This document shows positions 17,887-27,951 of a stretch of 28,332 nucleotides of DNA, piece after piece. This stretch comes from Nitrososphaeria archaeon (GTDB lineage Archaea > Thermoproteota > Nitrososphaeria > JACIWG01), in assembly GCA_050011875.1 (NCBI GenBank), contig JBEKIG010000020.1, forward strand, positions 1-28,332, in the 5' to 3' direction. The stretch's first letter is position 1. Every line of letters begins with the position of its first letter. The translations under genes were made by a program, and so were the position numbers. The notes beneath the pieces were generated by a model. That model was not told the DNA's origin. It was given only the letters and a program-made list of their open reading frames with translations, and ran no database searches.

Positions 17887-19071
17887 ATGGCATCCATCAA
17901 GATTCTTGAAAACATATTCTGGGTTGGTGTGAATGACAGAAGAAACATTCTGTTTGAAGGACTTTGGCCGATACCTCAAGGAGTGACGTACAACTCATAC
18001 ATTATCAAAGGCTCTGAAAGAATAGCTCTAGTGGATACAGTCGACAGGTTCTATTCAAAACAGTTCATTTCTAATATTAGAGAAGTAATCGATCCTTCAA
18101 GGATTGACTATGTCATCCTCAACCATCTGGAACCAGACCATAGTGGTGCTCTAGAAGATGTGCTTAAGGTCGCTCCAAAGGTTAAGGTCGTTGGGTCTGC
18201 AGTTGCAATGAGCATCGCTAAAGCGTACTATTTCGAAAGCTTCGAATGGGTTACAGCCAAGGATGGCGATATGATATCACTTGGTGACCTATCCTTAAGA
18301 TTTATTTCAGCCCCTTGGCTGCATTGGCCAGAGACAATCTTCACATATGATGTACAAGATCAAGTCCTATTTTCCGGCGATGCATTCGGTACATTCGGAG
18401 CTACAGACGGAAAACTTTTTGATGACGAAATAAACATCAATTCATATGAAGGTGAAATGAAAAGGTATTTCGCTGATATTATTTCACATTATTCACAGTT
18501 CGTGATCAAGGCTGGCGAGAAAATCAAAGACTTACCTATAAAGGTACTTTGCACCACCCATGGCTTAGTCTATAGAAAAAATCCTAAACATGCTATTTCA
18601 AAGTATATCGAATGGAGTTCGGGCAAAGATGAAAATAAAATTATAATCGTTTATGGTAGCATGTACGAACATACAAAAGAGCTAGCAGAATACTTTGGGG
18701 TGAAACTAAAAGGGAAGGGCGTAGCTGTCAAATTATTTGATCTTTGCACAGTTCATCCGAGCTATGTCATGGCGGACATCATAGACGCCAAGGTTATCCT
18801 ATTTGGCACACCAACGTATGAAGGCCAAATCTTCCCTTTGGTATCTAATATGATAGAATATATGAGGATCAAACAAGTTAGACCCAAGACTGTTGGAGTC
18901 TTTGCAAATTTCAGCTGGGGAAGCAATGTTATTGACTCTCTTAAGAACAAACTTTCCGAAATTGGTATGAAGATTGTAGAACCTAAGATATTGATTAGGG
19001 GAAGGATTTCAGAAGAAGATAAGAAGAAAGCAGACATCTTGATCGAAAATATCATCAAAGCCTTCGAATAA
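17887..19071 (+). CDS. fprA: Flavodiiron protein (class A, FprA/NorV-like)
   Basis: NHLEPDH, LHWPE, SGDAFG, THG, flavodoxin YGSMYEHT and GTPT, SWG. ATG 17887 (TTG 17881 in the track). Confidence 0.93.
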   Translation: MASIKILENIFWVGVNDRRNILFEGLWPIPQGVTYNSYIIKGSERIALVDTVDRFYSKQFISNIREVIDPSRIDYVILNHLEPDHSGALEDVLKVAPKVKVVGSAVAMSIAKAYYFESFEWVTAKDGDMISLGDLSLRFISAPWLHWPETIFTYDVQDQVLFSGDAFGTFGATDGKLFDDEININSYEGEMKRYFADIISHYSQFVIKAGEKIKDLPIKVLCTTHGLVYRKNPKHAISKYIEWSSGKDENKIIIVYGSMYEHTKELAEYFGVKLKGKGVAVKLFDLCTVHPSYVMADIIDAKVILFGTPTYEGQIFPLVSNMIEYMRIKQVRPKTVGVFANFSWGSNVIDSLKNKLSEIGMKIVEPKILIRGRISEEDKKKADILIENIIKAFE

Positions 19072-19165
19072 GTAAACCCGTAAAGCTTAGAGACCTTCTT
19101 ATCAATTTCTTCTTCAACTTTCTTCAGTTCATCAGTTTGGCCAGCAGTTTTATTCCATTTAGCGT
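19072..19165 (-). pseudogene. Possible C-terminal remnant of a restriction-modification enzyme
   Basis: TDELKKVEEEIDKKVSKLYGFT resembles the EIDxxVxxLYGLT tail of type IIG/N6-MTase proteins. Confidence 0.4.
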
Positions 19166-19243
19166 TAAACTAAGCGTTTCCGTGCACCTGTATCAAACTT
19201 TCTGTACTTATAAGTTCAAGGGAAGTTTTTTTCATCGTTTAGG

Positions 19244-19360
19244 TTAGGTGCTAGAAGTACCACGAAGGGTTCCAATCACAGGAAACTTTTCAAGGACAGC
19301 TCCATCATGGGGAGCATCTTCTGGGGCATCAGTTAAATCTGCTCCAGCGCTATGATGTCC
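19244..19360 (-). pseudogene. C-terminal half of a cytochrome b5-like heme/steroid-binding domain protein
   Basis: HSAGADLTDAPEDAPHDGAVLEKFPVIGTL matches HxAGxDLTxxxxxAPHxxxvLxkfPvvG. The N-half (ELxxxdG...GxVYDV) is absent. Confidence 0.75.
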
Positions 19361-19386
19361 CGAACATATTCGGGAAACATTTATTG
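19358..19386 (+). promoter_or_regulatory. Palindrome plus TATA box upstream of hsp20
   Basis: TCCCGAA-CATA-TTCGGGA (19358-19375) followed by ATTTATTG (19379-19386). Confidence 0.55.
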
Positions 19387-19400
19387 CTTCGAATATAAGT

Positions 19401-19703
19401 ATGATACTCATGCCTAAGACAAAACCAGAAGTCTTCCCTTCAGTAACTGTGGACCATGACGAGAACAAGTTCCACATCGAAATCGAACTCCCAGGATCTG
19501 AGAAAAAGGACATAGAGTTAGACGTAGGCGACCGATCCTTCTGCATAAAAGCCCCTACAGAGGAAATAGTTTATAGCGCATGCTATACTCTTGCTCATGA
19601 AGTGGATCCAAAAAAGGCTGAGGCAACCTTTAACAACGGCCTCTTAAAAATTTCACTACCGTTCAAAAGCAAACTAGGCGGCACAAGAATACTCGTTAAA
19701 TAA
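19401..19703 (+). CDS. Small heat shock protein (Hsp20/alpha-crystallin)
   Basis: ELPGSEKKDI, LAHEVDP, AEATFNNGLLKISLP. The start may be ATG 19410. Confidence 0.93.
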   Translation: MILMPKTKPEVFPSVTVDHDENKFHIEIELPGSEKKDIELDVGDRSFCIKAPTEEIVYSACYTLAHEVDPKKAEATFNNGLLKISLPFKSKLGGTRILVK

Positions 19704-19717
19704 TTCCTTGGTCCCAA

Positions 19718-19732
19718 CCTCTTTTTTTGTTT
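19718..19732 (+). terminator. Archaeal oligo-T terminator after hsp20
   Basis: CCTCTTTTTTTGTTT about 15 nt after the stop codon. Confidence 0.5.
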
Positions 19733-20314
19733 AAAATCATTTATTAAATACGTTGGACATGTTTTATCATTTAGAAATGACATACTAAATCTAATAACTG
19801 GAGCGTGCTAAGAACAGAATAAAGAATCAATATATAATAAAGTGAAGAAATGAAGGAAATAACTAAAGAGCTCGTGGGATTGATTTAGTAACCTAGGAAC
19901 AGCTGCAGACAACCTAAACTGCGACTCTCCACCCAAAATCAAAAAATTATGTCCAGCTAATGGGTTAGTCATTATTTTGAGTTGTCTCTACAAAGTTCTG
20001 AGGGTTAACTGTAATTATATCATTCGACTGGTTTACATCCTTAACATTAAAATTTGTAATGACGTAAAACAAGTGCATGAGGAGGGCAGTGACGAGAGGA
20101 AAGATTTGGATAAAAATGAGGTAGCAACGATCTAATCTATCCGATTACGGTCTGATAACCAAATAATAAGTGTCGCGGCAGCACTTTTAATTGTATTTTG
20201 TAGCATATTCTAATGAATATAGTCAGGCCTAACTTTTCTTTGATATACATTATCTTCTGGCTAATGTTCGTAACACTAATTATGGAAAGGTAGTAAGAAA
20301 GATGTTTTTGGATG

Positions 20315-22186
20315 TCAAGAATAAATTTTCTCAATATTTACTGCTACTGTCTTATAATAGGGAACAAATGTTACTTTATCGAATCGACTTGGAAAGAGCC
20401 TATTCACTAACAAATCCTTGGAATGGAAATACATACCAACCATTCCTTCCGGAATTTTTTGGTCGATCTTTGCTTGCGTCTTTAAACTGGCAACTCGGCT
20501 AGTGACTTTTATTCGTTCGCCATTTTTTATTTTTAATTTTTTTGCATCTTTTTTGTTTAGATAACAACAGGGATCATCGGAAAATCGATTTAACGTTTTT
20601 GATTTAGACGTCATCTCATCAGTAAGAAAATGGAAAGGCGAACGGAATGTTGTTAGAATAAAGGGATATTTTCTAGAGATAACCCTTTTTAGGGGTGTAA
20701 GGTTGACAGCATGAAACCTTCTGAATTTAATATTCTTCTCTCCGTAAGCATCATTTCCTTGATAAATAGAATTGGGAATTAGGTTCTTATAGGCTGGAAC
20801 TTCTTTCACTAACTTCTCGAAAATTTCCTTTTCATTTTTATATCCGATTTCAATACCAAAAATTTTCGCTAATTCCGTTGAAATTATCCATTCCGGTTTA
20901 GATTCTCCTAAGGGGTCAATAACTTTATTTACAAATCTTATTCTTCTTTCTCCATTGGTTATCGTACCTGTTCTTTCCAATAAAGTTGGTGTTGGTAGGA
21001 TTACATCAGCAAACTTTGAGGTGATATTCAAATGAGGTTCGCATTGAACCACAAACATCTTTCTTAGGTTCTGGTGAACTCGATCCAGATTAGGTAAAGA
21101 CTGAGCTGGATTAAATCCCGAGATAAATATGGCTTTGACCGGAGAAATTAGTAAAGCCTGGATAATATTTTTTCGGCTGGGTTGATCTGATAAAGGAATA
21201 CTTGCAATATCACTAGCACCTTGAACGTTGATCTCTCCACGGGAAGAAAGTAATTTTCCTTCTTTTAAGATTAAAAGATTAAGTAAAAGAAACACGCTTT
21301 CTCTTCCGCGTAGTTCTTGGGTTATACCCATTCCATGCATTAATCCAAAACGCTTAGAATCCGCTATTAATCGAATCAACCTATTGAATTCGGTAAAAGA
21401 GAATCTAGTGTACTTTTTTATTCTTTTATACGTATAAAGTTTGACACTTTTTTTTAGTTCTAAAAAACCTTCTATTTTTTCAATCTCAGGTTGATAAGCC
21501 CGCAAACTAATTAACTTGTTGATGATACACTTCAAAAGGGCAGGTTCTGCTCCATTTTCGATTAAAAGTGACATATCCGCTCTTTGGGAAGTTGCATTTT
21601 CAGTGGCTTGGATGGTAATCATTTTCATTCCCTTATTTTGTGCCATTAAAAGTCGGTTGAAGTTTACTGGATAATTGGATGCGGGGTTGGAACCAATGAT
21701 TAATAAACAATCAAGATTTCCGACATCATCCATTTTGTCAGGAGATGCATCGATTCCCAAAAATTCTTTTAGGGCCTCGGTAGTAATCAAATGGCAAAGT
21801 CTTGTACAACAGCTATCAACCTGATTAGTCCTAAAAACCTTTTCCGCGAACTCTCTTAGAGTGAAGCAATCTTCGTTAGGGGTTTTTCCAGAAATGACAA
21901 AAAGGATTTCTTCGGGTTTCAATTTTTTGGTTCTATTCCAGATAAAACGATATGATCTTTTCCAAGAAACTTCAAGTAATTTTGAGTTTTTACTTTCTCT
22001 TATCATCGGTCGTAAAATTCTGTCTTTTCCAATTACCTCATGTAATGTTAACCCTTTAATACAAGGTCTACCTTGGCTTACCTCATCTTTTTTATCTGGA
22101 ATTACTTTTATAATCTTTTGATTTTTAACTAAAAATATTAATCTACATCCACAACCACAATATGGACATATTGAGGAGACTTCCAT
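20315..22186 (-). CDS. Compact FdhF-like molybdo/tungstopterin oxidoreductase (formate dehydrogenase alpha-like, Cys ligand)
   Basis: CPYCGCGC...CIKG [4Fe-4S], RLCH, RGEINVQG, ADVILP, GTITNGERRI, and a C-terminal MGD-binding domain. Confidence 0.88.
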   Translation of the reverse strand: MEVSSICPYCGCGCRLIFLVKNQKIIKVIPDKKDEVSQGRPCIKGLTLHEVIGKDRILRPMIRESKNSKLLEVSWKRSYRFIWNRTKKLKPEEILFVISGKTPNEDCFTLREFAEKVFRTNQVDSCCTRLCHLITTEALKEFLGIDASPDKMDDVGNLDCLLIIGSNPASNYPVNFNRLLMAQNKGMKMITIQATENATSQRADMSLLIENGAEPALLKCIINKLISLRAYQPEIEKIEGFLELKKSVKLYTYKRIKKYTRFSFTEFNRLIRLIADSKRFGLMHGMGITQELRGRESVFLLLNLLILKEGKLLSSRGEINVQGASDIASIPLSDQPSRKNIIQALLISPVKAIFISGFNPAQSLPNLDRVHQNLRKMFVVQCEPHLNITSKFADVILPTPTLLERTGTITNGERRIRFVNKVIDPLGESKPEWIISTELAKIFGIEIGYKNEKEIFEKLVKEVPAYKNLIPNSIYQGNDAYGEKNIKFRRFHAVNLTPLKRVISRKYPFILTTFRSPFHFLTDEMTSKSKTLNRFSDDPCCYLNKKDAKKLKIKNGERIKVTSRVASLKTQAKIDQKIPEGMVGMYFHSKDLLVNRLFPSRFDKVTFVPYYKTVAVNIEKIYS

Positions 22187-22562
22187 TTCTCACTTCAGAC
22201 TATGAATGAGTTGGTCTTTTATTCTTTCAGAATTTTACCTTTTAAAGGATGGAGGAACTTGTAGAGTGAGTATGCTATTGCAGATTTAAATAGTACCTGT
22301 AAAAATCGTGTACCTGCAAAAAAGATACCTATACATGGAAAAAGAATTATTCACTATGCTAAAACCCGTATATTTTCGGGAAAGTATTAAGTATTATCCC
22401 ATTAAATATGCTTCTAAGTGTTTAAATACATTAAGAAGGTGTAGAGATATACCAGGCATCCCTGCACAAGATTATCGGGGATATAACACGGCGAAACATA
22501 CTCTTTGAAGATTTAACACCACCAAAAGATTTAAAAGGCATTCCAAAATTAAATTCTAAATT

Positions 22563-24449
22563 ATGTACGGTTTTAGAGGAAAGTTGCTACAAGTCGATCT
22601 AGAAAACGGGAAGATATGGGAAGAAGTTGTCCCAAACGAGACCGCTAGGGAGTTTCTCGGTGGCAGAGGCCTTGGCGCAAAGATCCTTTACGATAAATTG
22701 AAATCAGGAGTAGATCCATTGGGGCGAGAGAATCTTTTAGTATTCATGACAGGACCGCTTCAGGGCAGCATGATCCCAGGTTCCACACACTATGTTGTTA
22801 TGTGCAAGTCTCCGCAATCAAACGGGATAGGGGAAGCTCATGCTGCAGGTTCGATAGGCCCAGAAATTAAGTACGCAGGGTACGATGGTGTTGTCTTTAG
22901 CGGAGTTGCCGAGGAACCGGTCTACCTTTGGCTCCACGATGGTGCTACCGAGCTTAGAGATGCTAAACACCTGTGGGGGAAGACAACCCATGAGACTGAG
23001 ACTCTCATAAAGAAGGAACTAAAGGTTCCTTCCGCTGCAGTGGCCAGCATAGGACTGGCAGGTGAAAACCTTGTCAAATTTGCCGGCATCTTAAACGATT
23101 TTTCTCGCGTGGCAGGCAGAACTGGCGTTGGAGCAGTAATGGGGTCAAAGAAGTTGAAGGCAGTCGCTGTCTTTGGCCGGGAAAAAAGGATCCCTCTAGC
23201 GGACAGAGAGCGTGTCCTCAAGCTTTCGAAGGAGCTTTCAGAAAAACTGCTTAGGGATCAAAGAGTAATTGACATGCAGAAGTATGGTACTCCCTTCGGG
23301 GTTACCACTTTAAACGTCCAAGGCATTCTTCCTACCAAGAACTATCAGACCGGCTTTTTCGAAGGGGCTGACAAGATAAGTGGAGGAACCATAACCGAGA
23401 CCATCCAAAAGGGTGTGTTCGGTTGCGTAGGATGCCCTGTTCGATGTTGGAGAGTTGCTGAAGTCAAGGATGGAAAGTACAAGGGCGATTTCAATGATGG
23501 GCCCGAGTATGAAACCGTTGCGTCATTAGGATCCCTTTGCCTTAACGATAATCTTGAGGCAATAGCCTATGCAAATCACCTCTGCAACCTATATTCACTG
23601 GACACTATTTCGACCGGCAATGTAATAGCGTTCGCCATAGAATGCTATGATAAAGGGTTAATAAATAAAGGGGACACGGGCGGGGTCAAACTTGACTGGA
23701 ATGATCCTGATTGTATAATCAAGATGATAGAGAAGATAGCTCGGAGGGAGGATATTGGGAACATCTTGGCCGAAGGCGTGAAGAAGGCTGCAGAAAAAAT
23801 AGGGGGAAATTCAAAATCCTTCGCGCTTGAAGTCAAGGGTGTTGAGGTTGCAATGCATGAACCTCGAGGTAAAAAAGCGGTAGGTCTAATGTACGCGACA
23901 GCATCTCGCGGCGCCACACATATGGACTCAGCCCATGACACAGCCTTTGAGAAGCCAGATGTCCTGCCTGAGCTGGGTTTAGTGAAAGCCTTGGATAGGA
24001 AGGACATCGCTGGAAAACCAGAACTTACGGTTAAGACTCAAGATGTTTATGCAATTATAAATTCAGCTATCTTATGCATGTTTACAGGGAGCATTACAAT
24101 GAGGCCTGTCAAGCTGTTTGACTACACCAACTGGTTCGAAGCAGTAACAGGCAACAAATACTCTGTAAGTGAGTTGATGATCACAGGCGAAAGAATCAAT
24201 AACCTCACAAGAGCCTTCAATGTCAGAGAAGGAATGTCTAGAAAGGACGACTACCTTCCCCCAAGGTTCTCTGAAAACATGTCCGGTGGCAATAGCTCTG
24301 AGCAAAAGATAACCAGAGCGGATCTGGACAAAATGCTTGATGAATACTACCAACTAAGGGGATGGGATGTGAATACCGGTATCCCGACCGCTTCTAAACT
24401 GGCAAGTCTGGGACTAAGTAGGATAGCTATAGATATTAAGGCACCCTAG
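22563..24449 (+). CDS. aor: Tungsten-dependent aldehyde:ferredoxin oxidoreductase family protein
   Basis: LGGRGLG, KSP, AGRTGVGAVMGSKKLKA, CVGCPVRC, GPEYET, DTIS, YYQLRGWD. Confidence 0.95.
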   Translation: MYGFRGKLLQVDLENGKIWEEVVPNETAREFLGGRGLGAKILYDKLKSGVDPLGRENLLVFMTGPLQGSMIPGSTHYVVMCKSPQSNGIGEAHAAGSIGPEIKYAGYDGVVFSGVAEEPVYLWLHDGATELRDAKHLWGKTTHETETLIKKELKVPSAAVASIGLAGENLVKFAGILNDFSRVAGRTGVGAVMGSKKLKAVAVFGREKRIPLADRERVLKLSKELSEKLLRDQRVIDMQKYGTPFGVTTLNVQGILPTKNYQTGFFEGADKISGGTITETIQKGVFGCVGCPVRCWRVAEVKDGKYKGDFNDGPEYETVASLGSLCLNDNLEAIAYANHLCNLYSLDTISTGNVIAFAIECYDKGLINKGDTGGVKLDWNDPDCIIKMIEKIARREDIGNILAEGVKKAAEKIGGNSKSFALEVKGVEVAMHEPRGKKAVGLMYATASRGATHMDSAHDTAFEKPDVLPELGLVKALDRKDIAGKPELTVKTQDVYAIINSAILCMFTGSITMRPVKLFDYTNWFEAVTGNKYSVSELMITGERINNLTRAFNVREGMSRKDDYLPPRFSENMSGGNSSEQKITRADLDKMLDEYYQLRGWDVNTGIPTASKLASLGLSRIAIDIKAP

Positions 24450-24651
24450 ACGCCAATATTACTTTTTGCCTAAATATGCGAGGATATACAAGCACATCAT
24501 TTTAACATTGAAAATGAGCAAGAAAGCATCACATATTTGCTAAATAAACCTTTATGAATCTTAGCCATGATTCCAAGATTTGAATATTCTGAAAGCGTTA
24601 ATATTGTTGATGACCTAACTTTAAGTAAAATTAATGAAGGATAGTTTATCA

Positions 24652-26046
24652 TTACATGTTTCTTTTTTCTATGTCCTCTAAGGCTTTGCTATATTGGAGC
24701 AGTGCGTTTATGGCATTGACAGCCCTCTCAGGGGTTGTGTACGAAGGTATCCTATTTTCCTCCAACATTTTTACTAGTATTTGAGTGAAATCTCCTCCTA
24801 TGGTGCACACAATTGTCGGTTTGCCATAGGTTACTTGTGATTCTGTTATCGCGTCTACTACGTCTGATTCTATATAGGAAGTTTGAAGAAGCACTATCAC
24901 AAGAATTATTCCAACATTCGGGTCCGAAGAAACAAGGTCTAATGCCTGCCTGTAACGCTCCACATCCGCGTCCCCTACTAAGTCTAATGGATTATTTGGA
25001 ATAGCGTAGTCTGGCAACTTTTCTTTCAGCTTCGTTGTCGTCTCAGGACTAAAATGTGCAAGCTTAAGGCCTAGTTTTGAAGCTTGATCAGAGCTTATTA
25101 CTCCAAATCCTCCTCCATTCGTGATAATCGCGATGTCCTTTTGGCCTTTAGGTATAGGTTGGTAGGCGAGAGCGCGTGCATAATCGAATAATTCATCTAC
25201 TGTACGAGCCTGAATTACGCCTGACTGTTTAAAAGCACCTTCATAGATTTTTGCAGATCCAGCCAAAGACCCTGTATGGGACATGGCTGCCCTGGCTCCC
25301 TCCTGTGTTACGCCTCCCTTTAGCACAATCAGAGGTTTACTCTTTGTGATTTTCGATGAAGCTTCAAGAAATTCTCTTCCTCGTGATATACTTTCCACAT
25401 AGATTACTATACATTTTGTTAGCGGGTCATCAGACAGATAGTTCAACAGGTCAACTTCGTCCACATCAATTTTGTTTCCAATGCTGATGAATTTACTGAT
25501 TCCAATATCCTGGGATGCAGCCCAGTCCAATATGGCGGAGCCAAAGGCGCCACTTTGAGATATGAACGCTATTGGGCCTCCTCTTGGGCGTCTTAATCTG
25601 TACCTAGGCAAGAATAACGTATCTACGTGATCTGTTGGATCATATATTCCGATGCAATTTGGGCCTATTACCCTCATACCGCTCCCATCAATTTTTTTTC
25701 TTATTTCCTCTTCAAGTTTCTCTCCTCTTTCACCTACCTCCTTGAAACCTCCAGAAATTATTATAGCTGCTTTAACACCTTTGGACACACATTCATCAAT
25801 AACAGATGGAACTATAGGCGCTGGAACAGCGATTACCGCTAAGTCTAACTCGCTTTGAATTTCGCTTATACTAGTATATGCCTTAAACCCTAGTATTTTG
25901 TCCGCTTTAGGATTTACAGGGAAGGTTTTTCCCTGAAACTCTGATTCCACAAAGTTTTTGAAGATTACATGACCAAACTTTCTAGGTTCCCTCGAGGCTC
26001 CTATTACGGCAACAGATCTGGGCTTAAAGAAGAACTCTAGATTCAT
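24652..26046 (-). CDS. acdA: ADP-forming acetate/acyl-CoA ligase alpha subunit
   Basis: SVAVIGAS, GPNCIG, SQSGA, SHTGSLAG (phospho-His), TNGGG, NPLDL. Confidence 0.95.
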   Translation of the reverse strand: MNLEFFFKPRSVAVIGASREPRKFGHVIFKNFVESEFQGKTFPVNPKADKILGFKAYTSISEIQSELDLAVIAVPAPIVPSVIDECVSKGVKAAIIISGGFKEVGERGEKLEEEIRKKIDGSGMRVIGPNCIGIYDPTDHVDTLFLPRYRLRRPRGGPIAFISQSGAFGSAILDWAASQDIGISKFISIGNKIDVDEVDLLNYLSDDPLTKCIVIYVESISRGREFLEASSKITKSKPLIVLKGGVTQEGARAAMSHTGSLAGSAKIYEGAFKQSGVIQARTVDELFDYARALAYQPIPKGQKDIAIITNGGGFGVISSDQASKLGLKLAHFSPETTTKLKEKLPDYAIPNNPLDLVGDADVERYRQALDLVSSDPNVGIILVIVLLQTSYIESDVVDAITESQVTYGKPTIVCTIGGDFTQILVKMLEENRIPSYTTPERAVNAINALLQYSKALEDIEKRNM

Positions 26047-26047
26047 T

Positions 26048-26761
26048 TTATTTGCCTCCTTCTTTTTGCTCTATGATAATTCGACAGTCTACAGCACAGA
26101 CGTGGTCGGGATACACGATTACCGGGTTAAGATCCAATTGGCTTATAGTATTATGGTCTATCATTAGATCAGAAACCTTGACCAACACAGTAACTATCGA
26201 ATCTAAATTCACGGGAGGTTTCCCCCTGAAGCCTTCCAGTATCTTCACACCCTTCAGTTCTTGAATAAGGTTTAAAGCATCCACCCTGTCTATAGGAGCC
26301 ACACGGAACGCAACATCATCATACACTTCAGTAAAAATCCCCCCTATCCCAAACATGATAGCTGGTCCAAACTGACTGTCCCTTATACCTCCGATAATCA
26401 CTTCCGTTGAAGGTGGCATCATTTCTTCAACTGCGATTCCTTTAACTTCAATAGAAGGACCTATTTTACCAACATCAGCGACCATCTTCTCATAGTCTAA
26501 TTTAAGTTCCTTTTCATCACTAACGTTCAGGACAACCCCTCCTACGTCAGATTTATGCAATATCTGGGGGGAGATGACCTTCAAAACTACTGGAAATCCG
26601 ATCTCTTTAGCCTTTGCAATCGCATCATCTACATCCGAGGCTACATAGAATTTGGGTGTAGGGATTTCGTGAAGATTACATATTAATTCTGCTTCGTCTA
26701 TAAGCAGGAAAGATCTTCCTTCGTTCAAAGCTTTCTGAATGATAGTTTCGCATCCTCTCAT
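26048..26761 (-). CDS. acdB: ADP-forming acetate/acyl-CoA ligase beta subunit (ATP-grasp)
   Basis: GFPVVLKVISPQILHKSDVGGV, FGPAIMFGIGG, LDLNP. ATG 26761 preferred to TTG 26794. Stop is 1 nt from the acdA start, with GGAGG SD. Confidence 0.95.
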   Translation of the reverse strand: MRGCETIIQKALNEGRSFLLIDEAELICNLHEIPTPKFYVASDVDDAIAKAKEIGFPVVLKVISPQILHKSDVGGVVLNVSDEKELKLDYEKMVADVGKIGPSIEVKGIAVEEMMPPSTEVIIGGIRDSQFGPAIMFGIGGIFTEVYDDVAFRVAPIDRVDALNLIQELKGVKILEGFRGKPPVNLDSIVTVLVKVSDLMIDHNTISQLDLNPVIVYPDHVCAVDCRIIIEQKEGGK

Positions 26762-27353
26762 TCGAGTCAGATCACATATGCTAACTTTTTGCAACCAATT
26801 AAACGTTTAGATGTAAGGGGAAACGGATTTCTTTTTTAGAGTTTAATCTTTTATACCCAAGTCACCAACCATGTGCTATCCTGTTTCTTAGATTGTCCAA
26901 CGTTGGGGGAGGTTCCTTCTTTGCGCCACATCTATTTCTTCTTTTGTGCTTACCTAGATCCTTTACGAATTTGCATATTCGTCTTGGTATTAATCAAGAT
27001 ATTAGGAGCGTATTACTGATATTTACGCGAACAAACATTCTAGAATATGATCGGAGTTCAACAGGAAGCTATCGCTTCAGCATAATAGATATCTGCACCC
27101 AATTATAGTCATAAAACCACTAGGTCCGTTCCTATTACGGCTAATAGACTCACCTAAACCTCTATCAAATGGTTAAAGATATTACGATTATTGCAGTTGG
27201 CCATTATCGTCTCATGATTACGGAAATAAGGAAGCGCTCCTCCTGTTCTTTTTGATAAAGATTGTTCTACCTAATGACGGTTCTGCTGAACCAAGAATAT
27301 ATATTATGAAAGTTTGAAAATATTTATTTCTAACTCGATGCAAAGTGTAGAGA

Positions 27354-27926
27354 ATGTACTCTAAGCAAATGGATAGACTACGCAGAATATGGGAAAATCC
27401 AGAGAAGATTCTATTACAGATAGGGTTAAACATAGGTATGACCTTTGTTGATGTCGGATGTGGCTCCGGTTTCTTTTCAATCCCAGCAGCTGAAATCGTA
27501 GGCTCATCAGGTAAGGTCATCAGTGTAGACATTAACTCTAAAGCTATAGCCTTACTCAACACTTCAGCAAAAGTAAAGGAGCTAAGAAATGTTGAAGCTA
27601 TTGTAGGAAAAGCGGAAAATACAGTTCCATGCTCAGAATGTGGGGATATTGTCTTCTTTGGAACGGTGCTTCATGACTTTGAAGATCCAAAGCAGGTTTT
27701 ATCTAACGCAAGAAAAATACTTAAACCAAATGGACTGCTGGTAGATCTGGACTGGAAAAAGGAAAGAGGAGTTATTGGACCACCTCTCTCGATCCGATTT
27801 GACAAGAACTTCGCAGCGCAAATGGTTGCTGAACAAGGCTTTGAAATTGTCTCGGTAAATGATTTAAGCGGATTTTACTATATAATTAAAGCCACCTTAA
27901 AAAAGAATGATAAATCAAAGACATAA
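27354..27926 (+). CDS. Class I SAM-dependent methyltransferase
   Basis: VDVGCGSG, VDIN, LHD, LKPNG, DWKK...GPP. Confidence 0.92.
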   Translation: MYSKQMDRLRRIWENPEKILLQIGLNIGMTFVDVGCGSGFFSIPAAEIVGSSGKVISVDINSKAIALLNTSAKVKELRNVEAIVGKAENTVPCSECGDIVFFGTVLHDFEDPKQVLSNARKILKPNGLLVDLDWKKERGVIGPPLSIRFDKNFAAQMVAEQGFEIVSVNDLSGFYYIIKATLKKNDKSKT

Positions 27927-27951
27927 ATTTGTTAATACCTAAACCTTGACC

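Noticed and set aside
19740-20310. Short ORFs between hsp20 and fdhF
   Set aside because: Low-complexity AT-rich sequence with no recognisable motif or start context.
21790-21815. Selenocysteine in the Fdh active site
   Set aside because: The ligand codon is TGC (Cys). There is no in-frame TGA.
5439-27562. Many 60-120 aa ORFs inside folP, trp genes, NRAMP, fprA, fdhF, aor, acd and the methyltransferase
   Set aside because: Antisense or out-of-frame shadows of well-supported genes, with no motifs.
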